64,000 nt of DNA, from positions 3,567 to 67,566 of the forward strand of contig JACWML010000003.1 in NCBI GenBank assembly GCA_015661395.1. The letters are read 5' to 3'. Each line of letters starts with the position of its first letter. The stretch's first letter is position 1. The notes beneath the pieces were generated by a model. It made no database searches. It was not told the DNA's origin and saw nothing but the letters and a program-made list of their open reading frames with translations. The position numbers and the translations under genes are program-made. Below, piece after piece: positions 60,600 through 64,000 of the stretch. Origin of the DNA: Methanomicrobia archaeon. Lineage in GTDB: Archaea > Halobacteriota > Bog-38 > Methanoflorentales > Methanoflorentaceae.

Positions 60600-60864
60600 G
60601 ATTCACTCCGTGTTCTTTCGGTCAGGTGATGGTGGGTGACGGACAATCCGTTAAGTGGCGATTACAGATTTCTTTCGCTTAAAATGTTTGGTCGCTTGTT
60701 CTTGTTTATAGTCTTACGGCTAAAAAGTTTGCTTTTTTCATAAATTTTTTTATAAAGATTTAAAAAAAATACTCGTTAAATAATGATATTGCTTCGTTTT
60801 GAAGAATTCGAATCTCTTAGATAAATAAAAGTTGATCTTTGTCAAATTTTAATGATTTAGCTCG

Positions 60865-61512
60865 CTATTTCTTGTACTTGTCGAGCACCGCGTGAGCTTC
60901 GTCCCAGTTGTAATCATAAATATGCATGGAATTGCCAACCGTACACAAAGTCCCCAACTTCAATCCTGTAGGCTCCAACATCTCTTTCTTGATTAACGAA
61001 AGAAACGCATTAATGTTAGCTTCGTACGCTTGAAAAACGTCCCAGCTGCGATACATAATATGGACGTCAAGCCTTTCATTAGGGTGGAGGTACACCCAAA
61101 TTCGTTGAAAACAAGGCTGGTCTTCGTCTTTAAGGCAATCAATTTGAGGAATCCACGTGATTGCCTGAATGCGCTTTGATCCAACCCGTTTCTTCAAAAG
61201 CTGCTCCTGTATCCAGGACAGCTGATCGATTCCGTGGCCCTCAACCAGTCGTTCTAGATAAGTGTACTCAAAGTTGTGCTGATGCAGGTAAGCGCGATCG
61301 AACTGCTTTTTGTACTCCTCCACTCGTGCTTTTGTACAAAACGCATCACCTTTATGCCAACCAAAACTAGGCTTGTCGATTTCGATCATGCCCATAAGAA
61401 TTTGGCGCGCTTTAAGTCCGTACTCCGTATCGACAACGTTGCCAAATTCCATGATGTGCCTGACTGCTTTGTACCACGCCTCGGGGAGACTCAGCGTTGT
61501 TATAGACATCAT
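60865..61512 (-). CDS. thyA: Thymidylate synthase (archaeal ThyA-type)
   Basis: YTYLERL, QPCFQ (catalytic Cys), YRSWD...AN (dUMP-specifying Asn), SMHIY. Confidence 0.82.
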   Translation of the reverse strand: MMSITTLSLPEAWYKAVRHIMEFGNVVDTEYGLKARQILMGMIEIDKPSFGWHKGDAFCTKARVEEYKKQFDRAYLHQHNFEYTYLERLVEGHGIDQLSWIQEQLLKKRVGSKRIQAITWIPQIDCLKDEDQPCFQRIWVYLHPNERLDVHIMYRSWDVFQAYEANINAFLSLIKKEMLEPTGLKLGTLCTVGNSMHIYDYNWDEAHAVLDKYKK

Positions 61513-61619
61513 CTTTTTGCATCACCTAGGACGTCTCTCAGATCGAGGACGCACGTACGCACGCGCCGTTTCGAATGTGAATCTTCAGGTGTTCCCATTA
61601 CTCAGCGCGCGAAGGAAAA

Positions 61620-61757
61620 AGCCTCGGGAGGGATTTGAACCCCCGACCTATTGATAACTTGCTCGGCAATGTATGTGTTCCCACATATTCATGCATCAGG
61701 TGCATCGTTGCGTCCCAGTTACAAGTCAATCGCTCTTCCAGGCTGAGCCACCGAGGC
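61620..61757 (-). tRNA. tRNA-Thr (anticodon TGT) with a 64-nt intron at 37/38 (61656-61719)
   Basis: GCCTCGG...ATTGA-CT-TGT-A^intron^A-TCAAT...GGTTCAAAT...CCGAGGC. BHB motif: CTTG/CAAG helix with TAA and TTA bulges. Confidence 0.93.
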
Positions 61758-61841
61758 GCGTAAAAGCGTTTTTATGTATGCTCCCCGATACTTATACGTT
61801 TTTAGTGCGAGGCCACGAAAGAATGGGCTGACAAACGGGCG

Positions 61842-63068
61842 CTAACATGCCTCTTGGAGGTTTTTTGCGTCGATAAGCGCCTGGACTCCGGGCAAGATGT
61901 CTCCGGCTAAGAAATCTATGCAAGCGCCACCTCCGGTCGAAACGTGACTGATGAGTTTGTCAACGCCAATGTTCCGTGCTGCAGCTGCGATGTGCCCCCC
62001 ACCTAAAATCGAGAATTTTGCTTGGGCCGCCGCTTGTAATGTTTCATTGGTTCCAAGCGCAAATGCTTTTAGTTCGAAGACTCCGGCAGGCCCATTCATT
62101 ACCACGGTGCCTGCAGCTTTGAGCTCGGCTGAATACGCTACAATCGTCTCTATGCCGATATCGTGTATTGGATAGGCCTGTGGTAACGCTGAAATTGGCG
62201 TCTCAAGACGCTTGCCGTTATCATCAAGTGCCACATCGAGAGGAGTCACAATTTTGCCGTCGTACTTGTCAAGCAATCTCTTGCATATTTCGACATAGTT
62301 TCCGTACCCCGACGACTTTATGTCTTCGAGGCTAGGGGGCCCTATGTCGACTCCCGATGCCGCTAAAAAGATGTTTGCTACTAGCCCCGTGACGAGCACC
62401 TTGTCCGCGCTGCCTTTTGAAAGAACGTGTTCGATAACTTTGATGCTGTCGTCTGCTTTCGTGCCTCCAAGCATGAACAATCGCGGCCGCTGGGAAGTGG
62501 TAAGCGCCTTTGTCAGCATGTCCACCTCTCGTTCCATCAGCTTGCCCGCGCCTGACGTCAAGGCGCGCGGAAAAGCCACGATTGACGTTTGGGCGCGATG
62601 GGCTGTGCCAAATGCGTCGTTGAGGTACAGATCGCATAGCAGCGATAATTGCGTGACGAGATGCGTCTTAATCAGGTCTTCGACGGGAGCCGTGAGCATC
62701 TCTTCGGAGCTGAAACGGACGTTTTCGAGGAGTACCACGTCTCCGATCTCCATCTCTTTCACGGATTGTCGCACATTGCGCCCGTAAATATCGTCGACAT
62801 ACGTTACGTCCTTTCCAATGAGCGAGGAGAGCTTTTCGGCGTGCCGCTCCATTGTGGTGAAATCTCGCTTTCCAGGCCGTGACTGATGTGCGAGCAGGAC
62901 GGTCTTGGCATCTTCCAAAGCTGCAATTGTCGGGACGTGGCCGCGAAAACGTACGTCATCAAGAATCTCTCCGTTGGGGCCGATTGGTGAATTCAAGTCA
63001 ACGCGCACAAGAACCACTCGCCCGTGCGTGTCGAGATCGTCAATCGTAAGAAATGGCGGCATAGCCAA
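61842..63068 (-). CDS. pgk: Phosphoglycerate kinase
   Basis: VRVDLNSP, HQSRP, LLENVRF, DAFGTAHR, VSTGGGA. Confidence 0.96.
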   Translation of the reverse strand: MAMPPFLTIDDLDTHGRVVLVRVDLNSPIGPNGEILDDVRFRGHVPTIAALEDAKTVLLAHQSRPGKRDFTTMERHAEKLSSLIGKDVTYVDDIYGRNVRQSVKEMEIGDVVLLENVRFSSEEMLTAPVEDLIKTHLVTQLSLLCDLYLNDAFGTAHRAQTSIVAFPRALTSGAGKLMEREVDMLTKALTTSQRPRLFMLGGTKADDSIKVIEHVLSKGSADKVLVTGLVANIFLAASGVDIGPPSLEDIKSSGYGNYVEICKRLLDKYDGKIVTPLDVALDDNGKRLETPISALPQAYPIHDIGIETIVAYSAELKAAGTVVMNGPAGVFELKAFALGTNETLQAAAQAKFSILGGGHIAAAARNIGVDKLISHVSTGGGACIDFLAGDILPGVQALIDAKNLQEAC

Positions 63069-63109
63069 GCTTATGTCGAAATGTACGATATAAACGTATC
63101 TAATTGTGG

Positions 63110-63811
63110 CTAAAAAGGCCTCAGCGAGAGTTTTGCACCCGCTGCGAAGCTAACGTTGGCTAGTGATACGCAGGCGCCATTGTGGAAGGCGTCGATCGCG
63201 GCGAAGATCTGCGTGCCGCAGTATTCATCGGGGACCAGAACCACGCTCGGCAGAGCGAGTCGTAAATCTCCAAGCCACGGTATGGCAGGCTGTTGTGCGA
63301 CGCCGATTATCCACTCGGGCTTGACCGGTTCCAAAGGTGGCATTCCACCTAAGAGCAGCGGTTGATCATACTCTTGGTTGTTGTCGCCTTTAGTGATGTA
63401 TCCGGAGTTAGCAGCCTTTTGAGTTGAGTTAGGTAGAAGGTCGCCTGCGTTTACCCAATACATTGCTCGGTGTATGATTGGCGTCGCATTCGGATTGCCA
63501 TTTGGCCTGTAGACAATGACATCGCCATAGTTGCCGAAGCTCTGATAATTAATGGCTTTTCCCTCGGTGTTATTGATGATCTGCACTCTATCCGTCATTC
63601 GCGTAAGCACGACGTCGCCAATATTTATGTGGGGCTCCATGCTTCCTGATTCGACGGCTACGAGAGGGGTGACAGACCCTGTGTACGCATAAACGACCGA
63701 TATCACTAAGGCGACAACTAACAGTGCAACTAATATATCACGTAGAAGCGCTAACCAATAATTATCAGTCTTCCAGAATCTCTTTACACGTTCTCTGGTT
63801 TGATCCTGCAT
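63110..63811 (-). CDS. Signal peptidase I (archaeal Sec11/S26B type)
   Basis: TM helix, VESGSMEP, GDVI, PIIHR, TKGDNN. Confidence 0.9.
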   Translation of the reverse strand: MQDQTRERVKRFWKTDNYWLALLRDILVALLVVALVISVVYAYTGSVTPLVAVESGSMEPHINIGDVVLTRMTDRVQIINNTEGKAINYQSFGNYGDVIVYRPNGNPNATPIIHRAMYWVNAGDLLPNSTQKAANSGYITKGDNNQEYDQPLLLGGMPPLEPVKPEWIIGVAQQPAIPWLGDLRLALPSVVLVPDEYCGTQIFAAIDAFHNGACVSLANVSFAAGAKLSLRPF

Positions 63812-64000
63812 GTATTTCTGCCAAGCAAGTGTAAAATGCGGTACCAAGCTGGTTGACGTCATGACCGTAGTTATAATTGACGCTTTATATAGTCTGCCGA
63901 AAAGCGCTTGGGCCGGCGCTATTGACGTTCAGGCAGGCAGCTTCCAGCGTGAAGAACAAGCAGGAGGACGGATTTCGCTACGGTCGCGTTCGTTCACTAT

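Noticed and set aside
61478-61487. GCCTCGGG match to the tRNA-Thr 3' end as a possible att duplication
   Set aside because: Only 8 bp, inside thyA, and no integrase nearby.

Overview
Archaeal chromosomal window, probably a Halobacteriota/Methanomicrobia-like lineage (inferred from cofE, dapL, radA/radB, hel308, cgi121, CDC48, PGF-CTERM proteins and a BHB tRNA intron). 1-26.5 kb is a large surface-glycan cluster: about 10 GT2/GT4 glycosyltransferases, a Wzx-type flippase, two large polytopic GT-C-like proteins and DUF1616. It is interrupted by a TnpB relic, by ilvD, and by a ~4 kb accessory patch (11.1-15.05 kb) of gene fragments. That patch holds the most striking signal: an intact ribbon-helix-helix / coiled-coil / amphipathic-tail gene whose promoter sits in a helically phased array of about ten TGCTGCA-like heptamers. 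This looks like a one-protein, centromere-based DNA-tethering module. 26.5-64 kb is mostly housekeeping: KEOPS, Hel308, dapL-lysA-dapF, radB, larC, CDC48-PRC-CBS, rtcA, moaE, glmM, leuCDB, RPA-radA, thiC, thyA, pgk and signal peptidase. It also contains a tandem cassette array of PGF-CTERM surface proteins with orphan anchor remnants, a box C/D sRNA, tRNA-Arg(GCG), tRNA-Thr(TGT) with a 64-nt structured intron, a 137-bp element bounded by perfect 14-bp inverted repeats, and a 53-aa zinc-finger ORF missing from the ORF track. All calls come from reading the sequence; no database searches were run.
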